A stretch of 64,000 bases of DNA from Cyanobacteria bacterium J06633_8 (GTDB taxonomy: Bacteria; Cyanobacteriota; Cyanobacteriia; Cyanobacteriales; Nostocaceae): contig JBCBPQ010000003.1 in assembly GCA_039820645.1 (NCBI GenBank), forward strand, positions 54,913 to 118,912. The letters run 5' to 3'. Position numbers and translations under genes: made by a program. This document shows, piece after piece, positions 26,925-37,295 of the stretch (its first letter is position 1; every line of letters starts with the position of its first letter). Below the pieces are notes generated by a model that was not told where the DNA came from, searched no databases, and worked only from the letters and a program-made list of their open reading frames with translations.

Positions 26925-27271
26925 CTTTAATTTGCGCGTATGATGTAAGTGCCAAGGAGGTTAGCCGAGTGGCTTTAAACCCATGCAAAACTATACCTGA
27001 TGAACAGCATATAATCAGCATAGTTCCAATACTCAATGAAATTATTTTTCTCGGTATCGGATTCAAATTTTAAGTAAAAATACTTTTCAATACTTTTGCA
27101 ACTAGTATTGTTTACGTTTTGGTTTTTATCAAGCTTTTATTTGTTACTTAATATTAAGAAAATCAATATAAATTATCTGAATGTTATTAAGCTTTGTTTA
27201 CTTTTTGGTTAAAAGCTTAAGGATAATAATTATAAGATTAATTTAGTAACATAAGTTACCTTTGTATCAAC

Positions 27272-28987
27272 TCAACAAGGCAATTGAACATAAAAATTTG
27301 TGCCTTTCCCAACAACTGAATCAAACCAGATTTGGCCACCATGTAACTCTACACATTTTTTGACAATAGCTAATCCTAAACCAGTTCCCCTAATCGTGCC
27401 TGCATTACTACCTCGTTGAAAACTTTCAAATAGCTTTTGATTATCTTGTTTGTGAATGCCAATTCCTTTATCTGTTACCTGGAATAATACAACGCCATCG
27501 CTATAGGCTAAATTTAAATTGACTTCTCCGCCATTTGGAGAATACTTGATTGCATTAGAGAGTAGGTTGGTCAGAATTTGTCGTAATATATTCGAGTCTA
27601 AAGTCGCTTCTAAATAAGAGCATTCATGAATAAAATTAATAGTATGATTGGTATCGATAACAAGTTTATAATTTTCTACTAATTCCTCTATAAATGATAT
27701 TAAGTCTAACTGGCTAGGATGCACTTCCAGCTTTCCTGATTGAGCTTTATTGACAAGCAACATATTGTCTACTAAATGCATCAGGTATTTACCAGAAGTT
27801 TCAATATGTTCCAAGCAGCGCATTTGACGGTTACTATCTAGGTTGCCATGATATTTTTTGAGTAATTGCACACCCAAAATGATATTTGTTAAAGGTGTTC
27901 TATATTCGTGAGATACTGTATTTACAACGTTTGATTTGAGCAGATTAATTTTTTTCTCTTTTTCTAATGCTTTACGAACCTCTAAATCAAGTTGCCCAAC
28001 AGTACTAATATTATGAATTGTCACTAACCATTGATTATGCTCTTGTTGTCGTTCAATTAATTGCACGACTACTTCTAAAATGTTATCGGGATAATACTGA
28101 ATAATAAGCTTGTGAATTTTCTTTTCTTCAGCGTTATCAATCAAATCTTCTATACAGTTTTCGGCAATTTTGATTAATCTATTGTTACAATCTACTTCTG
28201 CAATAAGATTTAAATATTTTTTAGCATTGTGATTAGCTAATATAATTTCATATTTGCTATCAAGCAATAATATACCTTGGTTTATACTACTAACTATTTT
28301 TTCTAGAGTATTGGGTTCGTAGGCTTGTTTTGTTAAAAGTAGCGAATAAAAATTATCGGAATAAAAACTATAATTAATTTGCTTTGTGAATTCGTGAAAA
28401 TTTAAAATATTAGTATTATTTGCTTCCAGGCAACTTGTTGATTTTTGTCGATATTTGCCTTGTAATAACTCAATTTTATACTGAATATTCTCCAATTTTC
28501 GTTTGACAAAATCAATTTTTTGACTATTATCTTTGATAATGTTACCTGTCTCTTGATTATCTGCTAAACTTCGCGATTCACTAAGAGTAATTTCTTTACC
28601 TATACCGCAAATAATTTTATCTTCACTTTTATTTATTCTCCAGGAAATCCAGCGAAAGCTGCCGTCGTTGTGAAGATAGCGCGCTTTCAATTCTATAACT
28701 TGATTTTGAACCAATTCAGACAAAGCTTTGGAAATTGCTTCTCTATCTTCTGGGTGAACAATTGCCAACATCGGTTTCGATATCAAATCTGATTCATCCC
28801 ACCCCAACAAACTTTTCCAGCGATTGCTATTCAACTGTTGATAGCAACCATCTTCTGTAACCATGCACCACAAATCAGAAATCAATTGCAAAAATTGTTG
28901 CAATGGCTTTTCTTCTTGTTTTATATCTGTAGCTCTTAAATCTAAAGATTTTGAGTTTTTCATCAAATGCTTCCTAGCTAGCCTCAA
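27272..28987 (-). CDS. PAS-domain sensor histidine kinase (no adjacent regulator)
   Basis: PAS-like N-terminus. H-box SHEYRTPL, N-box LLSNAIKYSP, and G-boxes DKGIGI / GTGLGLAIV. Confidence 0.8.
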   Translation of the reverse strand: MRLARKHLMKNSKSLDLRATDIKQEEKPLQQFLQLISDLWCMVTEDGCYQQLNSNRWKSLLGWDESDLISKPMLAIVHPEDREAISKALSELVQNQVIELKARYLHNDGSFRWISWRINKSEDKIICGIGKEITLSESRSLADNQETGNIIKDNSQKIDFVKRKLENIQYKIELLQGKYRQKSTSCLEANNTNILNFHEFTKQINYSFYSDNFYSLLLTKQAYEPNTLEKIVSSINQGILLLDSKYEIILANHNAKKYLNLIAEVDCNNRLIKIAENCIEDLIDNAEEKKIHKLIIQYYPDNILEVVVQLIERQQEHNQWLVTIHNISTVGQLDLEVRKALEKEKKINLLKSNVVNTVSHEYRTPLTNIILGVQLLKKYHGNLDSNRQMRCLEHIETSGKYLMHLVDNMLLVNKAQSGKLEVHPSQLDLISFIEELVENYKLVIDTNHTINFIHECSYLEATLDSNILRQILTNLLSNAIKYSPNGGEVNLNLAYSDGVVLFQVTDKGIGIHKQDNQKLFESFQRGSNAGTIRGTGLGLAIVKKCVELHGGQIWFDSVVGKGTNFYVQLPC

Positions 28988-29223
28988 TGATGCAAAATTG
29001 ACTAATATATTTCAGAAATATTACTTAAAGACTTTCAACTTTGAAAATTAGTTTAAATAATTAGACGATAAATTATATTAATTATTTTAAACAAGAAATG
29101 TAGATTATTGTGAACTATTGTAAATAAATTTGAATTTACTCCTAGACCGACGCAGTGTTAAAGGTCTTCGGTGTAGCATAGAAAGTATTTTTGGACGATC
29201 TATTTTAATCTTTAATCTTAGTT

Positions 29224-29436
29224 ATGGGCGAAGCAAAGCGGCGTAAAGCTTCACTAGGAAATGATTACGGTCAATCCCCTCGGATTTTACCTTGGGTTCC
29301 GATAACTAAAAAGCAAGCAGAACAGTTTGTTAGTTGGACTACTCGGGGTGCCTGGATTGGCATATATCTCATGATTGCTCTTTGGGTAACAGTTCGTTTT
29401 ATCGGTCCAGCTTTTGGTTGGTGGCAAGTAGCCTAA
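29224..29436 (+). CDS. Small conserved cyanobacterial membrane protein (DUF2839-like)
   Basis: MGEAKRRK..LPWVPITK.QAEQFV.WTTRGAWIGI...WVTVRFIGPAFGWW matches what I recall of that family. It has one TM helix. Confidence 0.6.
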   Translation: MGEAKRRKASLGNDYGQSPRILPWVPITKKQAEQFVSWTTRGAWIGIYLMIALWVTVRFIGPAFGWWQVA

Positions 29437-29478
29437 ACCCTGTAAAACAGAGTTGTTGTTGTCAATGCCGATGAAAAT

Positions 29479-29510
29479 CGTATTGCAAATATCGGCAATA
29501 CGGTTTTTTT
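29479..29510 (+). terminator. Rho-independent terminator
   Basis: 8-bp stem CGTATTGC / GCAATACG with an 8-nt loop, followed by GTTTTTTT. It lies 43 nt after the stop of 29224-29436. Confidence 0.65.
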
Positions 29511-30546
29511 AATATTTATATTTTTTCTAAGTAGCTCGGCGTTAAAAAACCAAGATATGTCCGCAGCGAGTGAAACGTAGTAACTTAGGCAATCGCAGGA
29601 GTTTCAAACTTATTTACCTTTTGTTACATTGTTGAGTTTATTTGTGCCTACTTACTTATAAAAATAGATATTACTAATCCAACTATTTATTTATCTAATG
29701 AATAGTGATAAATTACTTTTACTCATCGGAATTATTTCTCAGTAAATATGAAGTAAATCACCTATATGGATATTATTTTTTCGGGAAAATCGTAACTCAA
29801 TATACATTTTTATAAAGATTTAAATATGATTTTGCCGAATTGGCACACTAGACTTGGATTATCTAGTTATCCTTAAGTTTTAATTACAACGTAACTTTGA
29901 ATTAAATCTAAAACTTGAATCGGTAACAGCTAATAACTTGCACCATAATCAATGAGAAGTATTCGTCGGTTGTTCTTCAAGGCTAAGCCTGTTCGGTATT
30001 TCCTAGGTCAAAATTATCGGACATAGCAAAATATTGAAGAGGTTTAGCTATACAACTTCAAAGAATTTAGTAACTTAAGTTTTCTCTAAAGGGGCAACTT
30101 AAATCAATCTACTAAAGTCAAAGTAACAAGAATTTCTTGATTACTGGTAGCAAAAAATGAAGTAAAAAGTCGATTTAACAATAAATCTCTGTATTTATAG
30201 CAGTTAAAAGACGATAACCATATTATTTGCTGATTTTTGATGGTTGACTTCTAGCAAATATGAGTTAATGTGAGAGCGGATTTATATTGTCAGTATCTAC
30301 CCTGACCTCGACAATATAGATTAAGAAGTAAAATTTAACAAATCGTGTCGGAAATTTTTATATCGTAAAGTGAATATTATGATACGACACGAATTGTCTA
30401 GTTAAACTACCATTTCCAAGGTAGCCATTTTTTCGGTTTTATCGTTTGTGGATATTTGTAATGTTCAGTTTACAATACCATTTGATGAGAAAATCTAAAA
30501 AAAATATAAAAGAGATTAAAATGATTGTGGTGTTTGGAGGATAAAA

Positions 30547-30894
30547 GTGTTTCTGAGATTAGCGCAACAACACCGACAGTTCGTTCAAGACTTAGTAATG
30601 AACTTACAAGCCTTGGCGATAGTTCTAGAAAAACGTGGGTATCCTGCGTCTTGCTATACCTGCGGCGACCAAATGAATAGTGCTTCGTTTATGGTTAGTT
30701 TGGGTGAAAATCACTTGATTAGATTTTTAGTATCTGATTACGGTATTACTTGGACTGAAATGCGCGACGATCGCGAATTAATGAAGTTGGAAGGCGCTGA
30801 AGCAGTCAACCAGCTACAGGAACTTGCGAATATAGTTAAGCATCCACCAATTGAAGCTTGTACTAATGCTAAAGCTCTCGCTAAGCGATGTTAA
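30547..30894 (+). CDS. Conserved cyanobacterial hypothetical protein (DUF1815-like)
   Basis: GTG start preceded by GGAGGA. The sequence QHRQFVQDLVMNLQALA..LE.RGY.ASCYTCG.QMNSASFMVSLG.NHLIRFLVSDYGI.WTEMRD is one I recall as widely conserved in cyanobacteria. Confidence 0.6.
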   Translation: MFLRLAQQHRQFVQDLVMNLQALAIVLEKRGYPASCYTCGDQMNSASFMVSLGENHLIRFLVSDYGITWTEMRDDRELMKLEGAEAVNQLQELANIVKHPPIEACTNAKALAKRC

Positions 30895-31962
30895 GTAAGC
30901 CAAAATCAAGGTAGCTTACATTTTCGGTAATGCTGTGATTGACTTGCCTTCTTCCCAAAGGAACTTAGTAATGTTTCAAGTTCATAGTAAATTAGACGAA
31001 CTACTAATTAGACATTGCTCTAAACCCGCATCGGACATTAGATAATCTAGATAATCTTTTGTCGCTTAGATTAAGAAGGCTGCGAAATTTTTACCTGCTT
31101 CTCCATCAAATTCTGGGAAATTTTGCCCGAGTATAAGGAGAAATCCCACGGCATAGACTGACATCGATTAGTTAGCGACTTTGTAAAACCATGCAATACC
31201 ATCTTGTTTTTGACTAAAGTAAAGTTAACGCTTTTGATGTAGGTAATGTAATTGAGGCAACAAATGAAAATAACCAAAGCATAAAGTATGTAAATCTGTG
31301 CTTGTGTATAACTGTAAGAAAAGTGGCTTATTTATTAATTGCAGATAGTAAGATGTATAGTTTAGTTCTACCTATGTAAATAGTTGCCTACTATATAAAT
31401 AGTTGCTTATTTTGGTCTGCAATTATTAAAACGGTAAGATTGATAAAGCCTAGGAGCGTTCGCGAGCCTCTCACCTTAAATGCTAACAGCACATTATTAA
31501 CAATGTAGCGCCGCATGTTTTTATCCGAATAATTACAGAAAAAACTGGTCATATAAAGAAAGCCGTGTTAAAGATGGCTGGGTTGTGTCACTGGATTTAC
31601 CCAAAAACATTGTATTCTAAAATACTATTTAAATCAAACGTTATCAGGGAATATTTTGATTTTTATCTTTCCTTCGTCTTTTGTAAAATTGTCTAAGACT
31701 CGTATCAATAATATTTGCGCGGCAAAACATCAAATATGTTAAGACATATTTCATTTTCAGACTTTGCGAAAAGCTTGAAGCGAGATAAGCCACCATGCTT
31801 TAATTTAAATTCTGTAAAAAGTAGTAAATAAATCCGACATATTACAATAATTGTCAAATACTGCGATCGCTAAAAGCAGCCATAAGCTAAACTCAATATT
31901 GTTCAAAATTATCCCAAGCAAAATTTATTAGTTTATACCCGCATCTGCGAAGAAAGTTTAAG

Positions 31963-32460
31963 ATGTCCGAAGAAAAATCACAGCAACCGCAATTACCACC
32001 GACTGGTGCTATAGATAATCAATATTTACACGCATCTGAAAGTTGGTTTAAATATCCCGTGAGGGTTCAACCGCATCATACAGATTATGCTGGTGTTGTT
32101 TGGCATGGTAGATATATAGCTTGGATGGAGGAAGCAAGAGTAGAGTGCTTGCGTTCGATTGGGATTGAATTTGTCGATTTAGTCGCTTTAGGCTGCGATT
32201 TACCCGTGGTAGAAATGTCAATACGCTATCATAAATCGCTTCAGTTGGGTATGGCAGCTGTTATTAAGACTCGCATGGAAGAAGTCACGGGTGTTCGCAT
32301 TAATTGGGATTATGCGATTCAATCCCCTAATGGGGAAGATTTATACGTCAGCGCCAAAGTTACTTTAGTAGCCAAGGATATGGAGAAAGGTAAAATCATG
32401 CGGCAGTTACCTCCTAGAGTGAAAGAGGTTTTTGCAAGACTTACCGCATCGAAAAACTAA
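31963..32460 (+). CDS. Hotdog-fold acyl-CoA thioesterase (4HBT/YbgC type; possibly DHNA-CoA thioesterase of phylloquinone synthesis)
   Basis: YPVRV.PHHTDYAGVVWHG.YIAWMEEARVE.LRS.G is the 4HBT catalytic-Asp context. The functional subtype is inferred. Confidence 0.7.
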   Translation: MSEEKSQQPQLPPTGAIDNQYLHASESWFKYPVRVQPHHTDYAGVVWHGRYIAWMEEARVECLRSIGIEFVDLVALGCDLPVVEMSIRYHKSLQLGMAAVIKTRMEEVTGVRINWDYAIQSPNGEDLYVSAKVTLVAKDMEKGKIMRQLPPRVKEVFARLTASKN

Positions 32461-32463
32461 ATA

Positions 32464-32503
32464 ATTGGGAATTAGGAATTGGGCATGGGGCATTGGGCAT
32501 GGG
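32464..32503. repeat. STRR heptamer repeat (GGGAATT/GGGCATT type)
   Basis: Contiguous 7-nt variants between the convergent thioesterase and dxr genes. Confidence 0.7.
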
Positions 32504-32558
32504 AAGTTAGAAAATTCGGATTGTTCCTTCATCCCCTTGTCTCCCATTCCCCATCTCC

Positions 32559-33755
32559 TTACCGCATCGAAACTACTGTTGGTGCATTTTGCAAATTATT
32601 GGCAACCTTTATTACTTCTTCTCTTGCCCATTTATCGGCTGTTAAAATGTCATCTAAGTTGGGATTTGAATTATTTTGTGCTTTATGACTCTCGCAGACT
32701 GTTTCGATGCAGCGAGGAATATCTAAAAAGTGAATTTTTTCTGATAAAAATAAGGCTACAGCTTGCTCGTTGGCTGCGTTTAAAACTGCTGGCATTGAGC
32801 CACCGGCTTTTCCGACAGCATAAGCCAGTTTCATACAAGGATACTTTTGATGATTGGGTTCTCGGAATGTTAATGAGCCAGCTTTGACTAAATCTAATCG
32901 TTCCCAGTCGGTATAAATACGCTCTGGATAAGATAAAGCATACAGCAGAGGTAGCCGCATATCAGCCCAACCCAACTGAGCTAAAACTGAAGTGTCTTGC
33001 AATTCAATTAATGAATGAATGATGCTTTGGGGATGAATAACAATTTCAATATCGTCATAATCTAATCCAAACAGGAAGTGCGCTTCAATTACTTCCAAAC
33101 CTTTATTCATTAAAGTTGCCGAATCTACTGTAATTTTACGTCCCATTGACCAATTAGGATGTTTAAGAGCATCGGCTACCGTCACATCAGCTAATTTTGC
33201 TACATCCCAATCGCGGAAAGCACCACCAGAGGCTGTAAGTATAATCTTGCGTAAAGCTCCTTCAGGAATACCTTGCAGACATTGAAAAATTGCAGAATGT
33301 TCTGAATCTGCGGGTAGCAGTTTAACTTGATGTTTTTCTATTAAAGGTAAAACTACTGGTGCCCCAGCAATTAAAGTTTCTTTATTGGCTAAAGCAATAT
33401 CTTTACCTGCTTTGATAGCGGCAATAGTAGGCAATAACCCAGCACAACCAACAATACCGGTAACTACAGTTTCAGCTTCTGCATAACGAGCAACTTCAAT
33501 AACACCATCTTCTCCCGTCAGTAAAGTTGGTTGATGCTGTAGGTCTTTGATTGCCTCTTTAAGTTGTGATAATTTACTTTCATCGGAAATTGCGACTATA
33601 CTCGGTTGAAACTGTCGAATCTGAGATGCTAACAATTCTACGTTGCGCCCTGCTGCTAATCCCACAATCCTAAACTGTTCGGGACATTGAGCAACAATAT
33701 CTAAAGTTTGAGTTCCTATAGAACCAGTAGAACCAATAAGAGTAATAGCTTTCAC
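32559..33755 (-). CDS. dxr: 1-deoxy-D-xylulose-5-phosphate reductoisomerase
   Basis: [23 protein letters not shown](T)[12 protein letters not shown] and [20 protein letters not shown]. Confidence 0.92.
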   Translation of the reverse strand: MKAITLIGSTGSIGTQTLDIVAQCPEQFRIVGLAAGRNVELLASQIRQFQPSIVAISDESKLSQLKEAIKDLQHQPTLLTGEDGVIEVARYAEAETVVTGIVGCAGLLPTIAAIKAGKDIALANKETLIAGAPVVLPLIEKHQVKLLPADSEHSAIFQCLQGIPEGALRKIILTASGGAFRDWDVAKLADVTVADALKHPNWSMGRKITVDSATLMNKGLEVIEAHFLFGLDYDDIEIVIHPQSIIHSLIELQDTSVLAQLGWADMRLPLLYALSYPERIYTDWERLDLVKAGSLTFREPNHQKYPCMKLAYAVGKAGGSMPAVLNAANEQAVALFLSEKIHFLDIPRCIETVCESHKAQNNSNPNLDDILTADKWAREEVIKVANNLQNAPTVVSMR

Positions 33756-34141
33756 AATTTTTATTAATCATTAACAGACAACCCTACTATAGATTGTCTG
33801 GTGCTAGAAAAGTAGGCATAAAAAGTTAGGAGTTAACAGGAACGGAGTTTTTATAATTGATTGCTAATTACCAATCTTCAGTTTTTCAAGGAACAATTCC
33901 TTTATGTTTAGAATAAGCTGAAGTGCAGTCGTCATTTTACAACATCAAAATGTCTTCTCCTATACTCTATCTGGGAATTGATAATATTCTTGTACTAATA
34001 AAAAAAGTTAAACTATCACGGCTTTTGTAATCTCGGAAAATTGTGTTAATTTATCTTCATCTCAAATTAGGCAGCGATGGGATTTGTTGGTGAAAGTATT
34101 AATAAAACAATAGAATATAGTCGCATTTTATACTCTAATTT

Positions 34142-35434
34142 ATGACGAAAGTTGAGTTACAGAATAAGAAGAAGAAAGATTCAAAGACAAACGAATTATT
34201 ATTTCCTGCTGTAATCTGGTTCGGCAGTCGCTTGTTTATTTGGTTTGTATTGTTAGGGATTGCGCCTTTATTACAAGCACCCCCAGGAGGTATTAAAGCT
34301 ACATTTGGGTTGGAAGTATTTAATGCTTGGGATAGCGGACAGTATCAAAATATAATTAGCAACGGATATGAGTTTATTAATGATGGGAAAATGCATAATG
34401 TGGCATTTTTTCCATTATTCCCTCTAATCGTCAAGCTTTTAATGAGTTTAGGCTTTTCTTTTGAGATTGCGGGATTATTAGTCAATAATTTGGCGTTTTT
34501 AGGGGCTATTTACTGCGTATATTTTTGGGTAAAGTCATTTCTTGGCGAGAATGAAGCGCGATGGGCTACTGCTGTATTAGCTTGGTGTCCTACATCAATG
34601 TTTGCAGGGGTAATTTATACCGAAGGTTTGTATTTATTTTTAAGTGTTGCTGCGATGCAGGCTTTTGACAAAAGTCGATATGGCTTGACTGCTCTTTTTG
34701 GTGCCTTAGCAACCGCAACTAGACCTACAGGGTTAGCATTAATACCGGCTTTGATAATTTCATGTTGGAAACAACGCAAACCCCGGATTGCTTATATTTC
34801 CAGTTTAGCTACGGCAGGGGGAGTACTTTTATTTAGTCTTTACTGTGCAGTTAAATTCAGCGAGCCATTAGCTTTTATTGAAGCCCAGAAAGGATGGCGT
34901 GAATCTTTGGGGTTTGATTGGCAAAGCTGGTGGAAAATGTTGATGCAAATAACCATTGGTACTGAAAATTGGAAGTACGGAGGAATAAAAGATCTGGTAA
35001 CACCTTTATTATTTGCTTTAATTGTCATCCTTGCTTATTTATTATGGCGCTTCCGTGAAAACATAAGTAGCAAGTTCGGTGAAGCAAAAGTTGACTATGG
35101 TTTTGCGGCTTTAATTTTAATTTGGTGGCTGGTAGCTGGCGACCCTTTAATTAATACTGTATCAGTTATTGGCAGTGCTTATTTAATATGGAAACTACGC
35201 CATGAAATGAGTCCTGTAGCCGCAACCTACGGTTTATGTGGTTTAGCGTTGATTCTAGCTTCTGGAGGTACTTGGTCACTAAGTCGCATCGTTTACGGTA
35301 TTGTTTCAGTTAGCATCGCCTTCGGCATTTTCTTATCCCGTCATCCACGTTGGGGATATTTGACTATGGGTTTCTTTGCGATTTTACTCACAACTTTTTC
35401 CATTAGATTCGCTCAGCATTTGTGGGTGGGTTAA
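34142..35434 (+). CDS. Polytopic GT-C-type glycosyltransferase, PIG-V/mannosyltransferase-2-like (paralog A)
   Basis: About 10 TM helices. WDSGQYQNII.NGYEF......AFFPLFP in the first loop resembles the PIG-V-like family. By eye it is roughly 50 percent identical to 41526-42797. Confidence 0.6.
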   Translation: MTKVELQNKKKKDSKTNELLFPAVIWFGSRLFIWFVLLGIAPLLQAPPGGIKATFGLEVFNAWDSGQYQNIISNGYEFINDGKMHNVAFFPLFPLIVKLLMSLGFSFEIAGLLVNNLAFLGAIYCVYFWVKSFLGENEARWATAVLAWCPTSMFAGVIYTEGLYLFLSVAAMQAFDKSRYGLTALFGALATATRPTGLALIPALIISCWKQRKPRIAYISSLATAGGVLLFSLYCAVKFSEPLAFIEAQKGWRESLGFDWQSWWKMLMQITIGTENWKYGGIKDLVTPLLFALIVILAYLLWRFRENISSKFGEAKVDYGFAALILIWWLVAGDPLINTVSVIGSAYLIWKLRHEMSPVAATYGLCGLALILASGGTWSLSRIVYGIVSVSIAFGIFLSRHPRWGYLTMGFFAILLTTFSIRFAQHLWVG

Positions 35435-35450
35435 GAAAGACAAGGGGAAA

Positions 35451-35556
35451 TTAGGAGTGTACAGACGTAATAATGCTACATCTATACAGTTAGGAGTGTA
35501 GAGACGTAGCAGTGCTACGTCTGTAAAGTTAGGAGTTAGGAATTAGGAATTAGAGG
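35451..35556. repeat. Two tandem copies of the GTAGAGACGTAGC hairpin repeat followed by a TTAGGAG/TTAGGAA STRR
   Basis: TTAGGAGTGTACAGACGTAATAATGCTACATCTATACAG, then TTAGGAGTGTAGAGACGTAGCAGTGCTACGTCTGTAAAG, then heptamers. The same family occurs at 21465-21502. Confidence 0.75.
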
Positions 35557-35594
35557 ATGTTTTAAAAGTCTTCTTGTCGGTAATAAAACATTTT

Positions 35595-35738
35595 ATATCC
35601 CCCTAAATCCCCCTTTAGAAGGGGGACTTTGATTGCAATTTTCTCCCTTTATAAGGGGGAGTTTGATTGCGATTTCCCCCCTTTAGAAGGGGGAGTTTGA
35701 TTGCGATTCCCCCCTTTAGAAGGGGGCTAGGAGGGATT
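35595..35738. repeat. Tandem array (about 4 units, about 33-nt period) of a hairpin repeat
   Basis: The units are CCCCCTTTAGAAGGGGG(A/-)(C/G)TTTGATTGC(A/G)ATTT. Each has a 7-bp self-complementary stem, CCCCCTT / AAGGGGG. The terminal unit, ..GGGGGCTAGGAGGGATT, resembles 14296-14326. Confidence 0.8.
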
Positions 35739-35785
35739 AATAAGTGCAAGATACAACTAAACACTTTTTAAACAACCTCTTAAAT

Positions 35786-35838
35786 TTTAACCTTTAACCT
35801 TTAACCTTTAACCTTTAACCTTTAACCTTTAACCTTTT
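35786..35838. repeat. STRR heptamer repeat (TTTAACC)
   Basis: About 7.5 perfect contiguous units, ending 12 nt before the next start codon. Confidence 0.9.
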
Positions 35839-35850
35839 TCATGAATTCTA

Positions 35851-37227
35851 GTGAAAACAAAAATTATTCATCTGAGTGCTGTTGCAGCAACATTACTGTT
35901 TTTATGTAGCAGTTTGCGGCACTCGCTGTTCCAGTCGGGTGCTTTTGATTTAGGTATTTACGATCAAGTTGTTTACCTAATGAGTCAAGGAAAACCCCCT
36001 GTTCCTTCAACTTTGGGTTTTCATCATATGGGTAATCATGCAGCGTGGGCTGTTTATCCCTTAGCTTTGCTTTACAAAATTTATCCTAGTGCCTATTGGC
36101 TGTTAGGAGTACAAGCTGTTTCTTTAGCTTTGGGTGCCATTCCTACTTATTATCTAAGTAAACAAGCTGGACTGAAAGAAAATCAAGCCTTAACTATGTC
36201 GGCAGTTTATTTGCTGTACCCGCTGATTTTTAACGTTAATTTGTTTGAATTTCACCCGGAAGTGATGGCTATTCCGGTATTTTTAGGAGTAGTTTTAGCA
36301 GCGCGGCTTAACAAGATTTTTTGGTTTTGTACGGGAACTATTTTTATTTTGGGTTGTAAAGCGGTGTTATCTCTAACGGTAGCCGCGATGGGTTTATGGT
36401 TGTTAATTTTTGAAAAACGCCGCTTATGTGGTGTATTTGCCTTAATTGCTGGATGTGGGTGGTTTTTAATTGCTACTCAAGTTATTATCCCCAACTTTAG
36501 TAATAGTGAAGCAGCGGCTGTTGTTCGTTATAGCTATCTGGGTGATTCAGTTTTAGATATTATTGCTAATTTATTTTTAAAACCGGAATTGATATTAGGT
36601 AAAATATTTTCTTTAAAGACTTTAGAGTATTTAGCTTTAGTAATTGCACCAGTAATTTGGGGTTTAAGACCAAAATATCTTGCGCCTTTTATCGGCATTA
36701 TTCCGACATTAGTCATAAATATTCTTTCCGAAAAAACGACGCAACGGGATCTAATTCACCAATATTCTTTACCTATCTTGCCATTTTTAATTTTGGCTGT
36801 AATTTCTAGCTTAGCAGCCAAAAAATCTTGGCTGCGGAATCCAAAAAATATTTTGATATGGGCATTAGTGGGATTTTTGGCATTAGGAAAATATGCTTTT
36901 TTTTGGTCTCGCTATCTTAGAAGTATCGATACTTGGCAAGCAACGCGGCAAGCTATAGTCAAAATTGAAACTAAAGAAGCTGTTTTAACTACTCATAGTA
37001 TTGTTCCTCATTTAACTCATCGTTCAAATATTCAATTTGTAGATGATTTGAGTGGTGGAGTTCCAGATATTAATCAATTTAAATATATTCTGCTAAATGT
37101 GCGTCATCCTGATGGTACTCGCAATCCAGAATTTGCCGCTAATTTAGTCAATCAACTGAAAGACAATCAATTATTTGAATTAGTGCAAGAACGGGATGAG
37201 GTTTATTTATTTGTCAAAAAAAACTAA
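35851..37227 (+). CDS. DUF2079-family polytopic membrane protein (GT-C-like)
   Basis: GTG start. GAFDLGIYDQVVYLMSQGKPP.STLGFHHMGNHAAW..YPLALLY..P matches the DUF2079 N-terminal signature as I recall it. More than 10 TM helices and a soluble C-terminal domain. Confidence 0.65.
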   Translation: MKTKIIHLSAVAATLLFLCSSLRHSLFQSGAFDLGIYDQVVYLMSQGKPPVPSTLGFHHMGNHAAWAVYPLALLYKIYPSAYWLLGVQAVSLALGAIPTYYLSKQAGLKENQALTMSAVYLLYPLIFNVNLFEFHPEVMAIPVFLGVVLAARLNKIFWFCTGTIFILGCKAVLSLTVAAMGLWLLIFEKRRLCGVFALIAGCGWFLIATQVIIPNFSNSEAAAVVRYSYLGDSVLDIIANLFLKPELILGKIFSLKTLEYLALVIAPVIWGLRPKYLAPFIGIIPTLVINILSEKTTQRDLIHQYSLPILPFLILAVISSLAAKKSWLRNPKNILIWALVGFLALGKYAFFWSRYLRSIDTWQATRQAIVKIETKEAVLTTHSIVPHLTHRSNIQFVDDLSGGVPDINQFKYILLNVRHPDGTRNPEFAANLVNQLKDNQLFELVQERDEVYLFVKKN

Positions 37228-37295
37228 TTAATTATAATTCATGATTAATTCAATGAATCCCTTGCTTTTCCTATTTTTTTCTTTGTATTTACCAA

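Noticed and set aside
31071-31277. Minus-strand 68-aa ORF in the long AT-rich gap
   Set aside because: It is isolated, with no RBS and an odd composition (Cys/Ile/Asn-rich start). It is probably a chance ORF in AT-rich DNA.
32465-32887. Plus-strand ORFs of 140 aa and 69 aa (the latter at 32479-32688)
   Set aside because: They begin inside an STRR array and run antisense through the 3' part of the well-supported dxr gene. The translation is low-complexity and not protein-like.
35595-35738. Possible CRISPR array, given regularly spaced palindromic repeats
   Set aside because: The units are contiguous at a period of about 33 nt, with no unique spacers between them. There are only about 4 units and no cas genes in the window. 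It is a tandem hairpin repeat.
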